Below, piece by piece: positions 42,344 through 52,259 of a DNA stretch of 64,000 nt. Positions within the stretch are counted from its first letter, which is position 1; every line of letters begins with the position of its first letter. Source of the stretch: Caulobacter sp. UNC279MFTsu5.1 (lineage in GTDB: Bacteria; Pseudomonadota; Alphaproteobacteria; Caulobacterales; Caulobacteraceae). The notes beneath the pieces are model-generated. The model searched no databases. It saw only the letters and a list, made by a program, of their open reading frames with translations, and had not been told where the DNA came from. The position numbers and the translations under genes are program-made. The DNA lies in assembly GCF_900114015.1 (NCBI RefSeq), contig NZ_FORN01000007.1:1-64000 (forward strand). The letters are read 5' to 3'.

Positions 42344-42721
42344 TTGACGCCAAGGAGACCGCCCGTGACGCGCTTCATCATCCGCGCCCTGATCGCCGCC
42401 CTGGGCCTGTGGCTGGCGTCCGAGATCGTGCCGGGGATCGCCGCGCCGGGCGGCTGGACCAGCCTGCTGATCGCCGCGGTGCTGCTGGGCGTGGTCAACG
42501 CCATCGTCCGGCCGGTGGTCTTCGTGCTGACCCTGCCGCTGACGGTGACGCTGGGCCTGTTCCTACTGGTGGTGAACGCCGCGATGCTGGGCCTGGTCGG
42601 CCTGCTGCTGAAGGGCTTCGTGGTCGACGGCCTGTGGGCCGGGATCTTCGGCTCGGTGGTGGTCGGCGTGGTCAGCTGGCTGGGCCACCTGCTGATCGGG
42701 GACGGACGGGAGCGGGGTTAG
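42344..42721 (+). CDS. Phage-holin-like (holin 4_2 / DUF360 / YvlD-type) small membrane protein
   Basis: Four predicted TM helices; RALIAALGLWLASEIVPGI and VVNAIVRPVVFVLTLPLTVTLGLF are typical of this family. An alternative GTG start lies at about 42368. Confidence 0.5.
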   Translation: MTPRRPPVTRFIIRALIAALGLWLASEIVPGIAAPGGWTSLLIAAVLLGVVNAIVRPVVFVLTLPLTVTLGLFLLVVNAAMLGLVGLLLKGFVVDGLWAGIFGSVVVGVVSWLGHLLIGDGRERG

Positions 42722-42739
42722 ACCCTCTCCCCTGAAACG

Positions 42740-43495
42740 TCACCCCACCGCCGTCGCCGCCAGGTCCCGCCAGCCGCGGGCTTCCTTGCGGAAGTGCGAA
42801 TGGGTCTTGGCCAGGCGCTTGTCGATTTCGGCCAGGGCCTCGCGGGCCTCGTCCTTGCGGCCGGTCTGCGCCAGGAACACCGCATAGCGCGCCATGCCCT
42901 CGAAGCCGGGCATCTGGTCGGCGGCCAAACGCAGCAGCGGCTCGGCCCCGGCGTGGCGGCCCAGCTGGGCGTAGGCGCGGCCCATGGCCATGGCCGTCTG
43001 CGGCGCGCGGACCTTGGACTGGCCGTCCAGGGCCGCCAGCAGAGGCAGGGCTTCGGTCGCCCGGTTCAGCTCGACCAAGGCGTTGGCGCGCCCCAGCAGC
43101 AGTTGGGGGTCGTCGGCGTACATGCCCTGCAGCGCCTCGGCGTACAGGCGCTCGGCCTCGGCGTGACGGCCCAGGCTGGCGGCGGCGACGGCCAAGCGCG
43201 CGCGGTTGGCCACGGTGGGGGCGTCTTCAACGGCCTTGCTGGCCTCTCGGTATTCACGCTGCGGGTCCAGGGTCTCGCGCGCGGCTTTCCGCATCTTCTG
43301 GGCCGCGGTCCCGCGCGTGAATTCGGGCAGGAAGATCGCCAGGAAATAGATCAGAGCACCGATCGGCTGGACGATCAGGATGATGAACACCCAGTAGAGC
43401 TCGCGGTGCGTTCGCACCACGTGCACGCACATGGCGATCGAAAAGGCCAGCAGAGCGAGCCCGAGAAGGGGCGACAGGCCGAGTAGGGACGACAT
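42740..43495 (-). CDS. Membrane protein with TPR-like repeats
   Basis: Two N-terminal TM helices, then TPR-like helical repeats (AVAAASLGRHAEAERLYAEAL ...). Confidence 0.45.
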   Translation of the reverse strand: MSSLLGLSPLLGLALLAFSIAMCVHVVRTHRELYWVFIILIVQPIGALIYFLAIFLPEFTRGTAAQKMRKAARETLDPQREYREASKAVEDAPTVANRARLAVAAASLGRHAEAERLYAEALQGMYADDPQLLLGRANALVELNRATEALPLLAALDGQSKVRAPQTAMAMGRAYAQLGRHAGAEPLLRLAADQMPGFEGMARYAVFLAQTGRKDEAREALAEIDKRLAKTHSHFRKEARGWRDLAATAVG

Positions 43496-43573
43496 GAACG
43501 ACTCCGTGCGTACGGGGCGGTGTCTCTCGCGTCGCCGAAGCGACGTCAATCGGTCAAGCTGCGATCGCCAGGC

Positions 43574-44194
43574 TTAGTCGGCTTGCCGCGCGGCTTTTTT
43601 GGGATCGGCCTTGGGGGCCGGGGCCAGGCGCAGCACCTCGGCCTGATAGCGCTCGTCGTCGCCGGCCGCCGCGAAGGGCAGGGCGTCGGCCAGGGCGTCC
43701 AGCATCGGGTCCAGCCACTGATGCTCGACCTTGTGGAAGTCGCCCAGCACGTAGTGCATGACCGCGTCCTTGTGGCCCGGATGGCCCACGCCGATCCGGC
43801 CGCGCCGGAAGGCGTCGCCGACCTGGCTGGTGATCGAGCGCACGCCGTTGTTGCCCGCCGCCCCGCCGCCGGCCTTCATCCGGAAGCGGCCGGGAGCCAT
43901 GTCGATCTCGTCGTGGAAGACGATCACGTCGCTCGGGGCCAGCTTGAAGAACTTCATCGCCTCGCCCACGGCGCGGCCGCTCTCGTTGTAGAAGGTCCGG
44001 GGCTTGAGCAGCAGCAGCTTGACCGGCCCGTTCGGGGTCGGGACCTGGCCCTCGCAGGCCAGGCCCTGGAAGCGCGAGCGCCACGGCGCGGTGCCCCACT
44101 TGCGAGCCAGGGCGTCGACCGCCATGAACCCGACATTGTGCCGGTTCTTCTCATATTTCGGCTCGGGATTGCCGAGGCCGGCGAGGATCAGCAT
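43574..44194 (-). CDS. pth: Peptidyl-tRNA hydrolase
   Basis: MLILAGLGNPEPKYEKNRHNVGFM ... HDEID. Confidence 0.9.
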   Translation of the reverse strand: MLILAGLGNPEPKYEKNRHNVGFMAVDALARKWGTAPWRSRFQGLACEGQVPTPNGPVKLLLLKPRTFYNESGRAVGEAMKFFKLAPSDVIVFHDEIDMAPGRFRMKAGGGAAGNNGVRSITSQVGDAFRRGRIGVGHPGHKDAVMHYVLGDFHKVEHQWLDPMLDALADALPFAAAGDDERYQAEVLRLAPAPKADPKKAARQAD

Positions 44195-44220
44195 CGCTTG
44201 ATGGTCCTGGGTGAGCGCCC

Positions 44221-44255
44221 AAACGAAAAACGGGCGGGCCGTGAAGCCCGCCCGT
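44221..44255 (-). terminator. Rho-independent terminator after rplY
   Basis: On the minus strand, acgggcgggc-ttcacg-gcccgcccgt followed by TTTTTCGTTT. Confidence 0.6.
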
Positions 44256-44291
44256 TCTCGATATCGGATCGGAGACCCGACCGGAAAGCCC

Positions 44292-44891
44292 TTAGGCTTC
44301 GGTCGTCGTGTCGCCTTCGTTCGATTGCGAAGCGGCCGAGGCCTTCAGGTTGGCGATCACGAAGTCGCGGTCCATGGCCGGACGCACGCCTTCCGGCAGC
44401 TTCACTTCCGAGATGCGGATGGTGTCGCCGATGTCGTGCTTGGCCAGGTCGATGACCAGTTCTTCGGGGATCTTGTCGGCCGGGCAGGCCAGCTCGACGG
44501 TGTGGCGGATGACTTCCAGCGTGCCGCCCTTCTTCAGGCCGACCGAGATGTCGTGGTTCTTGAAGTGGACCGGGATCTCGATCTTGATCAGCTGGTGCTC
44601 GTCGACGCGGTACAGGTCGAAGTGCAGCGGCTCGTCGGTGACGGGGTGGAATTGCACGGCCTTGGCGATGACCGATTGCTTCTCGTCGCCGTGCTGCAGC
44701 GTCACCAGGTGGCCCAGCAGCTTGCCGGTGTAGAGCGCCTTACGGAATTCGTTGCCCTTCACGGCGATGTTCACCGGGGCCTTGGCGCCGCCGTACAGAA
44801 CGCCGGGGACCTTGCCCTGGCGGCGGGTTTCGCGCGAGCCGCCGGTGCCGGCGCGGTCGCGAAGTTCGACGTTGAGAATGATCTCGGCCAT
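44292..44891 (-). CDS. rplY: 50S ribosomal protein L25 / general stress protein Ctc
   Basis: MAEIILNVELRDRAGTGGSRETRRQGKVPGVLYG ... with a C-terminal extension. Confidence 0.85.
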   Translation of the reverse strand: MAEIILNVELRDRAGTGGSRETRRQGKVPGVLYGGAKAPVNIAVKGNEFRKALYTGKLLGHLVTLQHGDEKQSVIAKAVQFHPVTDEPLHFDLYRVDEHQLIKIEIPVHFKNHDISVGLKKGGTLEVIRHTVELACPADKIPEELVIDLAKHDIGDTIRISEVKLPEGVRPAMDRDFVIANLKASAASQSNEGDTTTEA

Positions 44892-45028
44892 GTCTTGTCT
44901 CTCTGGAGAGCCCCATGCTCTCGGAATGCGAAGCCGCCGCACAAGACTGGATTGCCTCGCCCGGTCGACGTTTTTGGGTCGCGCTCCATACACGCAGCGG
45001 CCGCCCGATGCAACGGGGCCGGGCGCGT

Positions 45029-45176
45029 CCTTCTCCCCTTGCGGGAGAAGGTGGCCGCCGAAGGCGGTCGGATGAGGGGTCTTCGGTCGCAGACGAAGAA
45101 GGGCCGCACGGCCCTCGCCGGTGCGACCCCTCGTCCGTCAGCTTCGCTGACACCTTCTCCCGCAGGGGAGAGAAGG
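45029..45176. repeat. Family C MITE-like composite element (~145 bp), copy 1
   Basis: Terminal hairpins ccttctccccttgcgggagaagg and ccttctcccgcaggggagagaagg, with an internal inverted repeat ggatgaggggt ... gacccctcgtcc. It is about 85% identical to the copy at 51246-51384. Confidence 0.8.
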
Positions 45177-45182
45177 AAGTCG

Positions 45183-46274
45183 CTAGCCCTTCTTCTTCGT
45201 CGGCGCTTTCTTGGCGACGGGCTTCTTCTTGACCACCGGCTCGGGCTTGGGCGGGGGCGGCGGTTCGTAGGGCAGTTCGGCGCCCGAGGCCTTGAGCACG
45301 CACATGCCGGTGTCGATCATGACGTGCTGGCCCAGGCAGAACACGTCTTCGTAGTGCGGCTTGGCGACGGCCAGGCACTGGTAGAGGTTCAGCTTGCCCA
45401 TGTTCAGGCACATGGCGCTGGCCGGCTCGGCCATCACCGCCTCGATCAGGGGCAGCTTGTCGTCGCCAGCGTAGCCCAGCGCGGCCAGGGCGGCCACGGC
45501 CAGGCCGCGGATCACCAGGGGCTTGTAGGGCGGCGGGGCGGAACGGAGGCCGACGACCGGGGCGCTTGCGGCGGTCGGGTCGGCGGGCGGGGCGGGCACC
45601 ACGGGCACGCCGCCCATCGAGGCCTGCTGCATGGCCGCCACGTCGGCGCTGTCGGCCAGGCCGGGCGTTGAGGACATGGTCTTGGCGTAGGCCAGGCGGC
45701 CGTCGCGGTCGAGGACCGGCAGGAGCGACCACTTGGCGCGCTGGACGTCGTAGGCCGCCTGTTTCACGGCCTTGCCGGAGGTGTAGAGCTTCAGGCCGCC
45801 GGCCCCGAGGGTGTCGATGATCCGGCCGGCGGCGGTGTCGCTGCCCTTGAAGCCGACGGCGTAGGCCGGGTCGGCGATGATCTGGTTGATGACCGACTGG
45901 CGCTGGGCCGGATCAGTGGCGAACGCGCGCACCGAGGCCACGTAGGTCGGATCCTGCAGGGCCAGGACGGCGGCGTAGGCCGTGGCGCCGGACAGGAACT
46001 GCTTGGGCTCGTAGGCGACGCCGATCTTCAGCGAGGCCTGGATCTGGTCGCCGTTCTCGAAGGTCGAACCGATCGCGGCGGCGCGCTGCATGTAGCCGCG
46101 ATAGGCGCTGGCCTTCTCGATGATGCTGGACGACAGGGTGATCGGCGGCGGGGCGGGCGGGGCGGCGACCACGGGCGGGGGCGGCGGGGGCGGGGTCTCG
46201 CAGCTGGCCAGCAAGGTGGCGGCGACCACGGCGATGGCCGTCAGCGCGGCGCGCGTACGCGTGGTGGAAAACAT
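45183..46274 (-). CDS. Lipoprotein, hypothetical (poly-Pro linkers, Lys-rich C-terminal tail)
   Basis: Lipobox LLASC after a signal peptide, PPPPPPP stretches, and a C-terminal KKKPVAKKAPTKKKG. I recognise no family. Confidence 0.45.
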   Translation of the reverse strand: MFSTTRTRAALTAIAVVAATLLASCETPPPPPPPVVAAPPAPPPITLSSSIIEKASAYRGYMQRAAAIGSTFENGDQIQASLKIGVAYEPKQFLSGATAYAAVLALQDPTYVASVRAFATDPAQRQSVINQIIADPAYAVGFKGSDTAAGRIIDTLGAGGLKLYTSGKAVKQAAYDVQRAKWSLLPVLDRDGRLAYAKTMSSTPGLADSADVAAMQQASMGGVPVVPAPPADPTAASAPVVGLRSAPPPYKPLVIRGLAVAALAALGYAGDDKLPLIEAVMAEPASAMCLNMGKLNLYQCLAVAKPHYEDVFCLGQHVMIDTGMCVLKASGAELPYEPPPPPKPEPVVKKKPVAKKAPTKKKG

Positions 46275-46414
46275 CCCGAGAACATCCCCAATGACATAGA
46301 GCGCCCGCCATACCATCGGCGCGCGGACGAGATTGTGACAGTCAGCCCGTTAACCACGTCTTGACAAGCTGGACCGTCAAAAGGGTTTCCGGCTCGGGAG
46401 GCTCGCCCGCGGGG

Positions 46415-47353
46415 CTAGTCGAACAGCTTGGAGACCGATTCCTCGTTGGCGATCCGGCGGATGGCCTCGCCGATCAGCGGCGCGCAGGACACGTAGCGGA
46501 TCTTGGGGCAGGCCTTGACGGTGTCCGAGGCTTCGATCGAGTCGGTGACCACCAGTTCGGTCAGCACCGAATTGGCCACCCGCTCGGCGGCCGCGCCCGA
46601 CAGCACCCCGTGGGTGACATAGGCCGAGACCGACTTGGCGCCGTGGGCCATTAGGGCGGCGGCGGCGTTGCACAGGGTGCCGGCCGAGTCGACGATGTCG
46701 TCGAACAGGATGCAGCGACGGTCCTTCACGTCGCCGATGATGTTCATCACCTCGCTCTCGCCCGGGGCCGAGCGGCGCTTGTCGACGATGGCCAGGTCGG
46801 CGTCGTTCAGGCGCTTGGCCAGGGCGCGGGCGCGGACCACGCCGCCGACGTCGGGCGAGACGACCATCAGGTCGTCGCCCATCGTGTAGCGCTTGTGGAT
46901 GTCGTCGGCGAGCAGGCGCGAGGGCAGCAGGTTGTCGGTCGGAATGTCGAAGAAGCCTTGGATCTGGCCGGCGTGCAGATCCATGGTCAGCACGCGGTCG
47001 GCGCCCGAGCGGGTGATCAGGTTGGCCACCAGCTTGGCCGAGATCGGCGTGCGGCCGCCGGTCTTGCGGTCCTGGCGGGCGTAGCCGAAGTAAGGCAGCA
47101 CGGCCGTGATCCGCTTGCCCGACGCGCGCTTCAGCGCATCGACGCAGATCAGCAGCTCCATCAGGTTGTCGTTGGCCGGATAGCTGGTCGACTGGATGAC
47201 GAAGACGTCCTCGCCGCGCACGTTCTCGTCGATGGTGACGAACACCTCGAGGTCGGCGAACCGGCGCACCTGGGCGCGGGTCAGCGGCATGTCGAGATAT
47301 TCCGCGATGGACTGGGCCAGGGTGCGGTTCGAATTGCCGGACAGCAGCTTCAT
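46415..47353 (-). CDS. prs: Ribose-phosphate pyrophosphokinase
   Basis: [20 protein letters not shown] ... [11 protein letters not shown] ... [11 protein letters not shown]. Confidence 0.9.
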   Translation of the reverse strand: MKLLSGNSNRTLAQSIAEYLDMPLTRAQVRRFADLEVFVTIDENVRGEDVFVIQSTSYPANDNLMELLICVDALKRASGKRITAVLPYFGYARQDRKTGGRTPISAKLVANLITRSGADRVLTMDLHAGQIQGFFDIPTDNLLPSRLLADDIHKRYTMGDDLMVVSPDVGGVVRARALAKRLNDADLAIVDKRRSAPGESEVMNIIGDVKDRRCILFDDIVDSAGTLCNAAAALMAHGAKSVSAYVTHGVLSGAAAERVANSVLTELVVTDSIEASDTVKACPKIRYVSCAPLIGEAIRRIANEESVSKLFD

Positions 47354-47454
47354 GGTTTTGTCTCGGGAGGGGGTGTCGCCGTTGCGGGGGCTTCTAGCAG
47401 TCCCGGGCGTGGGAACAACCCCGAGTCTCGATAGATTCTGGTTATTCGACATGC

Positions 47455-48234
47455 TCAGGCTTCGAGCGCGATCGCCGACAGAAGCCGTCCGTAGTCGGAC
47501 TCCCCGTCCAGGAAGGCCCTGCGGTTCGAAAAGAACAGCTCAGGCTCGGTGCGCGTGTCGCGGCCGACCCATTCGCTTTGCGCCACCCCGGCCGTCTCCA
47601 GGCGGTCCAGGACGAAGGCCGGCAGGTCGAACAGGCGCTTGTCGTCGGCCGGGCCGGGCGAGAAGAATCGGCCGGAGCCGGGGCTGTCGGCCTCGAAGCG
47701 GTGCAGGAACTCCAGGCCCACCTCGTAGGATAGGGGTCCGATGCAGGGGCCGACGGCGGCGACCATGCGCGACGGCTCGGCGCCCAGGGCCGTCATCTGG
47801 TCGACCGCGGCCTGGACGATCCCGCCCAGCGCGCCGCGCCAGCCGGCGTGGGCGGCGGCGACGACCTTGGCGACCGGATCGGCGATCAGCACCGGCGCGC
47901 AGTCGGCGTGCAGGGCGCCGCAGACCACGCCCGGCGTGCGGGTCACCACGGCGTCGCCTTCGGGCCGGACGTCGCCCCACGAGCCGTCGGCGACGATGGC
48001 GATGGTCGAATGGATCTGGAAACAGGTGTTGAGGTCTTCCGGTGCGGCCCCGAACCAGGCGGCGGCCCGGGCGCGGTTCTCGGCGACGTCGGCCGGCTCG
48101 TCCTTGCTGCCGCGACCGACGTTGAGGCTGGAATAGAGCCCGGTCGAGACCCCGCCCTGGCGGGTGAAGAACGCGTGCCGGACCCCGGCGACGGCGGCCA
48201 GCAGCGGCGACTGGACGGTGGGCAGGTCGGGCAT
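47455..48234 (-). CDS. pgeF: Peptidoglycan editing factor PgeF / YfiH (laccase-domain, Cu-oxidase_4)
   Basis: [24 protein letters not shown] ... AHAGWRG. Confidence 0.8.
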   Translation of the reverse strand: MPDLPTVQSPLLAAVAGVRHAFFTRQGGVSTGLYSSLNVGRGSKDEPADVAENRARAAAWFGAAPEDLNTCFQIHSTIAIVADGSWGDVRPEGDAVVTRTPGVVCGALHADCAPVLIADPVAKVVAAAHAGWRGALGGIVQAAVDQMTALGAEPSRMVAAVGPCIGPLSYEVGLEFLHRFEADSPGSGRFFSPGPADDKRLFDLPAFVLDRLETAGVAQSEWVGRDTRTEPELFFSNRRAFLDGESDYGRLLSAIALEA

Positions 48235-48237
48235 CGT

Positions 48238-49320
48238 CTACGATTCCTCGAAAAGCGGAGGAGAAAGGCCGGGCGCGGACAGGCAGGCGACCTTGAACAG
48301 CTGACCCATCTGCGCCGGTCCGGTCAGGCGATCAAGCTGCCGGGCCAGCTTGCCGGCCTGATCAGCCTGGTTCGCCGGAGGTTGGGCGGCGACCAGGGCC
48401 TGGGCGCGCTGCGCGATTCCCAGGCCCTGGAGAAACGCGCCCTGGGACAGGATGGGTCCCGTCGCGGCCCCGACCTCGGCGGCGGCGGCCAGCACGGCGG
48501 GGAAGTCGGCCCAGACGGTCAGGTCGGCCTGGCCCGGCTCGGCCAGGGGCGAGACCTTCCGGTGAGCCTTCAGCGCCTGCAGCGTGTCGCCCGGTCCCGG
48601 CGTGTCGCGGCCGTAGTCGATCAGCAGCGCCGCCCCGCCGTCGCGGGCGACACGATGGCCGATCTCCGCGCCGAGGGCCGCCTGGGCGGGCGAGGATTCG
48701 ACGACGGAGCCAACGGGCAGGTCCTCTCCCTGGGGGGGAGGCCCTAGGGGCTTCAGCCCGAACGCCAGGCTCCCGGCCTCGTCCAGACCCACCACCCGCT
48801 CGGCCCAGCCGTCTTCGGTCCGCACGAACTGGCGCGCGGGCAGGCAGTCCAGCACCTCGTTGGCGACCAGCAGCAGCGGCGCGCCGGCCGGCACGGCTTC
48901 CAGTCGGTCGGCCCAGCGCGGCGCCAGGGGCGCGCCGTCCAGCCTGGCGGCCTGGGCCTGGCGCAGCGGCGGCGAGACCTCGACCAGCCACAGGTCGGCG
49001 GCGGCCAGGAATTCGGGCAGCAGCCGCGCCGCGCGCAGGATGTCGGCGATCAGCGTCCCGTCGCCCGGACCGATCTCGACCAGCCGCACCGGCGCGGGCC
49101 GGCCCATGCGGGTCCAGGTCTCCAGCATCCACAGGCCGATCAGCTCGCCGAACATCTGGCTGACGCCGGGCGCGGTCAGGAAGTCGCCGCTCGCACCCAG
49201 CGCCGGCCGGGTGGCGTAATAGCCGTCGCGCGGGTCGTGCAGGCAGCGGGTGAAGTATTCGGCGACGCTGATCGGTCCGTCCTGGGCGATCTGGGCCCGC
49301 AGGCGGTTAAGCAGGCTCAT
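48238..49320 (-). CDS. Class I SAM-dependent methyltransferase (COG1565 / NDUFAF7-like)
   Basis: VRLVEIGPGDGTL SAM motif. It has the conserved position between lgt and pgeF. Confidence 0.65.
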   Translation of the reverse strand: MSLLNRLRAQIAQDGPISVAEYFTRCLHDPRDGYYATRPALGASGDFLTAPGVSQMFGELIGLWMLETWTRMGRPAPVRLVEIGPGDGTLIADILRAARLLPEFLAAADLWLVEVSPPLRQAQAARLDGAPLAPRWADRLEAVPAGAPLLLVANEVLDCLPARQFVRTEDGWAERVVGLDEAGSLAFGLKPLGPPPQGEDLPVGSVVESSPAQAALGAEIGHRVARDGGAALLIDYGRDTPGPGDTLQALKAHRKVSPLAEPGQADLTVWADFPAVLAAAAEVGAATGPILSQGAFLQGLGIAQRAQALVAAQPPANQADQAGKLARQLDRLTGPAQMGQLFKVACLSAPGLSPPLFEES

Positions 49321-50239
49321 GGTCTTCCGCGACGGGAGCGGAAACCGGCTCGCGCAGGGCCCGCCACAGCAGCGCGGCGCCGACCAGCAGCATCGGGATC
49401 GACAGGATCATCCCCATGGTCAGGCCGAACGGGAAGTCGGGCATGCCGTGGTCGGGGTTGCGCACGTTCTCCAGCAGGGCGCGGAACAGGCCGTAGCAGA
49501 TCAGGAAGGTCGCCACGAGCGCGCCGCGGCGTTGCAGCCACTTCAGCCGGTAGGCGGCGAAGTTGAGGATCAGGAACAGCACCACGCCCTCGAGCGCCGC
49601 TTCGTACAACTGGCTGGGATGGCGCGGCAGTTCGCCGGCGGGGCAGACGCCGCGGTTGGCGGCCTGGATCGTGCGGTTGCAGAAGATCATGCCGAACGGA
49701 TGGTCGGTGACCCGGCCCCACAGCTCGCCGTTGATGAAGTTGGCGCAGCGGCCGAAGAACAGGCCGATCGGCACGACGGGCGCGACCAGGTCGCCCAGCT
49801 TCAGCATGTCGATCTTCTGGTGGCGGGCGAACAGGGCGATGGCCGCGCACACGCCCAGGAAGCCGCCGTGGAAGGACATGCCGCCCTCCCAGACCTTGAA
49901 GACCGTCAACGGATTGGCCGCCAGGCCGGCCCGCTGGTCGTCGTTCAGCATCATGTAGAACAGCACGTAGCCGATCCGGCCGCCCAGGATGATGCCCAGG
50001 GTGATCCACAGCACCAGGTCGTCGATCTGCACCGAGGTGGCGGTCGGCTTGCGCCCGCCCCACAGCTGGTCGCTCCGCACCAGCCGGATGGCGTACTGCC
50101 AACCCAGGAGGATGCCGGCGACATAGGCCAGGGCGTACCAGCGCAGGGCCAGCGGCCCCCACTGCAGGGCCCAAGGGCCGATGTGGACGATGGGGTCGAT
50201 GTCGGGGAAGATCACGCCGCGAGCGCTCCGGACGGACAA
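49307..50239 (-). CDS. lgt: Prolipoprotein diacylglyceryl transferase
   Basis: FPDIDPIVHIGPW ... YALAYVAGILLG ... Lgt signature G(x)GGRIGY. The exact start is uncertain. Confidence 0.85.
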   Translation of the reverse strand: MSVRSARGVIFPDIDPIVHIGPWALQWGPLALRWYALAYVAGILLGWQYAIRLVRSDQLWGGRKPTATSVQIDDLVLWITLGIILGGRIGYVLFYMMLNDDQRAGLAANPLTVFKVWEGGMSFHGGFLGVCAAIALFARHQKIDMLKLGDLVAPVVPIGLFFGRCANFINGELWGRVTDHPFGMIFCNRTIQAANRGVCPAGELPRHPSQLYEAALEGVVLFLILNFAAYRLKWLQRRGALVATFLICYGLFRALLENVRNPDHGMPDFPFGLTMGMILSIPMLLVGAALLWRALREPVSAPVAEDHEPA

Positions 50240-50331
50240 GTGGTCGAACCTCTAGCGCGTTCCCACTTCGCTTTCATCCTTCCTTTCCCATATAAGAGCC
50301 GCGACGAACCGCGCCGCGCTCTGGAATCTCG

Positions 50332-50598
50332 ATGCACAGCCAAAACCCCTTCCTCGACGAATTCGCCAAGCTGACCCAGGCCGCCATGGGCATCGCCCAG
50401 ACCGCCGGCGAGGAGGCCAAGACCGCGATGCGGGCCCAGGCTGACCGCCTGGCCGCCGAGTTCGACTTGATCCGGCGCGACGATTTCGAGGCCCTGAAGG
50501 CCGAGGTGGCGGCGCTGCGCGAGGAAGTCGCGGCCCTGAAAGCCGCGAAAACCGCGGCGAAAACCCCCGCCAGGAAGGCCGCCGACGCGGCTGGATAG
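50332..50598 (+). CDS. ubiK: UbiK/YqiC (BMFP) family accessory factor
   Basis: 88 aa coiled-coil protein; LIRRDDFEALKAEVAALREEVAALKA matches the UbiK C-terminal pattern. Confidence 0.6.
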   Translation: MHSQNPFLDEFAKLTQAAMGIAQTAGEEAKTAMRAQADRLAAEFDLIRRDDFEALKAEVAALREEVAALKAAKTAAKTPARKAADAAG

Positions 50599-50724
50599 GC
50601 GAGTTTCGTTCCCGTTCGACGTGAAGGCGGTTGTGACGCCGCCCACGAAGCAGATTAGAGTCCCTGGAGTGGGTGATTTGGTCGGGTCCCACGACCCGTC
50701 TCTCCCCGGGGGTCGAAGGGTCTA

Positions 50725-51231
50725 ATGGACACCCAACCGGAAGAAGACGACGTCCTGCTGGCGATGGATCCGCTGGAAGTGGTCGAACACGTGCTGGCGG
50801 CCGAGAACCTGACGTTCGACCGCACCGAGGACGGCGACCTGGCCTTCGCCCTGACCGGCGACTGGAAGGACTACGAGCTGTGGTTCGCCTGGCGGCCCGA
50901 GGCCGATTGCCTGCAGCTGTGCCTGTCGCTGGACCTGCGCGCCAGCAAGACCAAGCGTCCCAGCGCCTACGAGCTGCTGTCGATGATCAACCAGCGCGTC
51001 TGGCTGGGCCACTTCGAGGTCTGGACCGACGACGGCGAGGTGGTGTTCCGCCACGCCCTGGCGCTGCCGGCCGGCGAGCGTCCGACCATGGCCCAGGCCG
51101 CGTCGATGATCGACGCCGCCGTCGAGGCCGCCGACCGCTTCTATCCCGCCTTCGACTTCCTGCTGCACGGCGCCAAGACCCCGGACGAGGCCATGGCCGC
51201 CTGCATGTTCGAGACGGTGGGCCAGGCTTAG
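50725..51231 (+). CDS. YbjN-domain protein (putative sensory transduction regulator)
   Basis: 168 aa of acidic cytoplasmic protein with the YbjN-like pattern (LTFDRTEDGDLAF ... WLGHFEVWTDDGEVVFRHAL). Confidence 0.55.
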   Translation: MDTQPEEDDVLLAMDPLEVVEHVLAAENLTFDRTEDGDLAFALTGDWKDYELWFAWRPEADCLQLCLSLDLRASKTKRPSAYELLSMINQRVWLGHFEVWTDDGEVVFRHALALPAGERPTMAQAASMIDAAVEAADRFYPAFDFLLHGAKTPDEAMAACMFETVGQA

Positions 51232-51245
51232 GGCTGGACTTTCCG

Positions 51246-51384
51246 TCTCCCCTTGCGGGAGAAGGTGGCCTTGCGAAGCAAGGTCGGATGAGGGGTTTCT
51301 CGGACGCTTGAGCGGAGTCGCCGGCTCGCCGCCGCGCGACCCCTCATCCGTCGCTTCGCGACACCTTCTCCCGCAAGGGGAGAA
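51246..51384. repeat. Family C MITE-like composite element, copy 2
   Basis: ctccccttgcgggagaaggtggcc ... ggtcggatgaggggt ... gacccctcatccgtc ... ccttctcccgcaaggggagaagg, upstream of proC. Confidence 0.8.
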
Positions 51385-51408
51385 GGATCAGCCAGAGCGG
51401 AGCCGCCC

Positions 51409-52194
51409 ATGACCACCCCCATCCTCCTCCTCGGCGCCGGACGCATGGGCGGGGCCCTGATCGAGGGCTGGACCAAGGCGGAGGCCTTCTCCGCCGCCGA
51501 CCTGATCATCCGCGATCCCAATGTCGACCCCGCCGCTTTCCCGGGCGCGATCGTCAATCCGCCGCTCGAGGCCCTCGCCGCGGCCAAGACCGTGCTGCTG
51601 GCGGTCAAGCCGCAGATCTGGCGGCAGGCCGTGGCCGACGTCGTCCCGCATCTGGCGCCCGACGCCGTGGTCGTCTCGATCGCCGCCGGGGTGCGCGCAG
51701 CCGACATTTCCGCAGCGTTCGGCGGCCGCGCCGTGGCCCGGGTGATGCCGACCACCGCCGTCGCCATCGGCCTGGGCACGGCTTCGATCCATGCCGACAC
51801 CGACGAAGCCCGGGCGCGGGCCCACGCCCTGCTGGATCCGGTCGCCACCACGGTGGATCTCGACGACGAGGCCCTGATGCACGCCGCGACCGCGGTGTCC
51901 GGCTCGGCCCCGGCCTATCTCTACGCCTTCATCGAGGCGCTGGAGGCGGCAGGCGCCGGCCAGGGGCTGGACCCGGCCGCCTCGGCCAGGCTGGCGCGGG
52001 CCACCATCGTCGGCGCGGCGGCCCTGCTGGGCCAGGGCGGCGAGGAGCCGGCCGAACTGCGCAGGCAGGTGACCTCCCCCGGCGGTACGACGGCCGCGGC
52101 GCTGGACGTGCTGATGGGCGAGGGCGGTTTCGGCGACCTGCTGCCGCGCGCGCTGGCGGCGGCGGTGAAGCGGTCGGTGGAGCTGGGGGGCTGA
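51409..52194 (+). CDS. proC: Pyrroline-5-carboxylate reductase
   Basis: LLLGAGRMGGAL Rossmann motif and C-terminal TSPGGTTAAALDVL. Confidence 0.85.
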   Translation: MTTPILLLGAGRMGGALIEGWTKAEAFSAADLIIRDPNVDPAAFPGAIVNPPLEALAAAKTVLLAVKPQIWRQAVADVVPHLAPDAVVVSIAAGVRAADISAAFGGRAVARVMPTTAVAIGLGTASIHADTDEARARAHALLDPVATTVDLDDEALMHAATAVSGSAPAYLYAFIEALEAAGAGQGLDPAASARLARATIVGAAALLGQGGEEPAELRRQVTSPGGTTAAALDVLMGEGGFGDLLPRALAAAVKRSVELGG

Positions 52195-52259
52195 TAGACC
52201 CCTCTCCCTAAGAGAGAGGGTTCTTGTAACCGTCCCGCTTACCCGCCATCTCAACAGCC

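Noticed and set aside
42344-42721. Prophage remnant inferred from the holin-like gene
   Set aside because: It is a single DUF360/holin-4_2-type membrane protein with no adjacent endolysin, integrase or structural genes. This family is widespread as a chromosomal housekeeping-like gene.
48723-48751. Possible second in-frame palindromic insertion (cctctccctgggggggagg / gccctaggggc) inside the SAM-methyltransferase gene
   Set aside because: The inverted repeat is imperfect and G/C homopolymeric, and it has no close match to the defined repeat families. It could simply encode a Pro/Gly-rich linker (LGPPPQGEDL).
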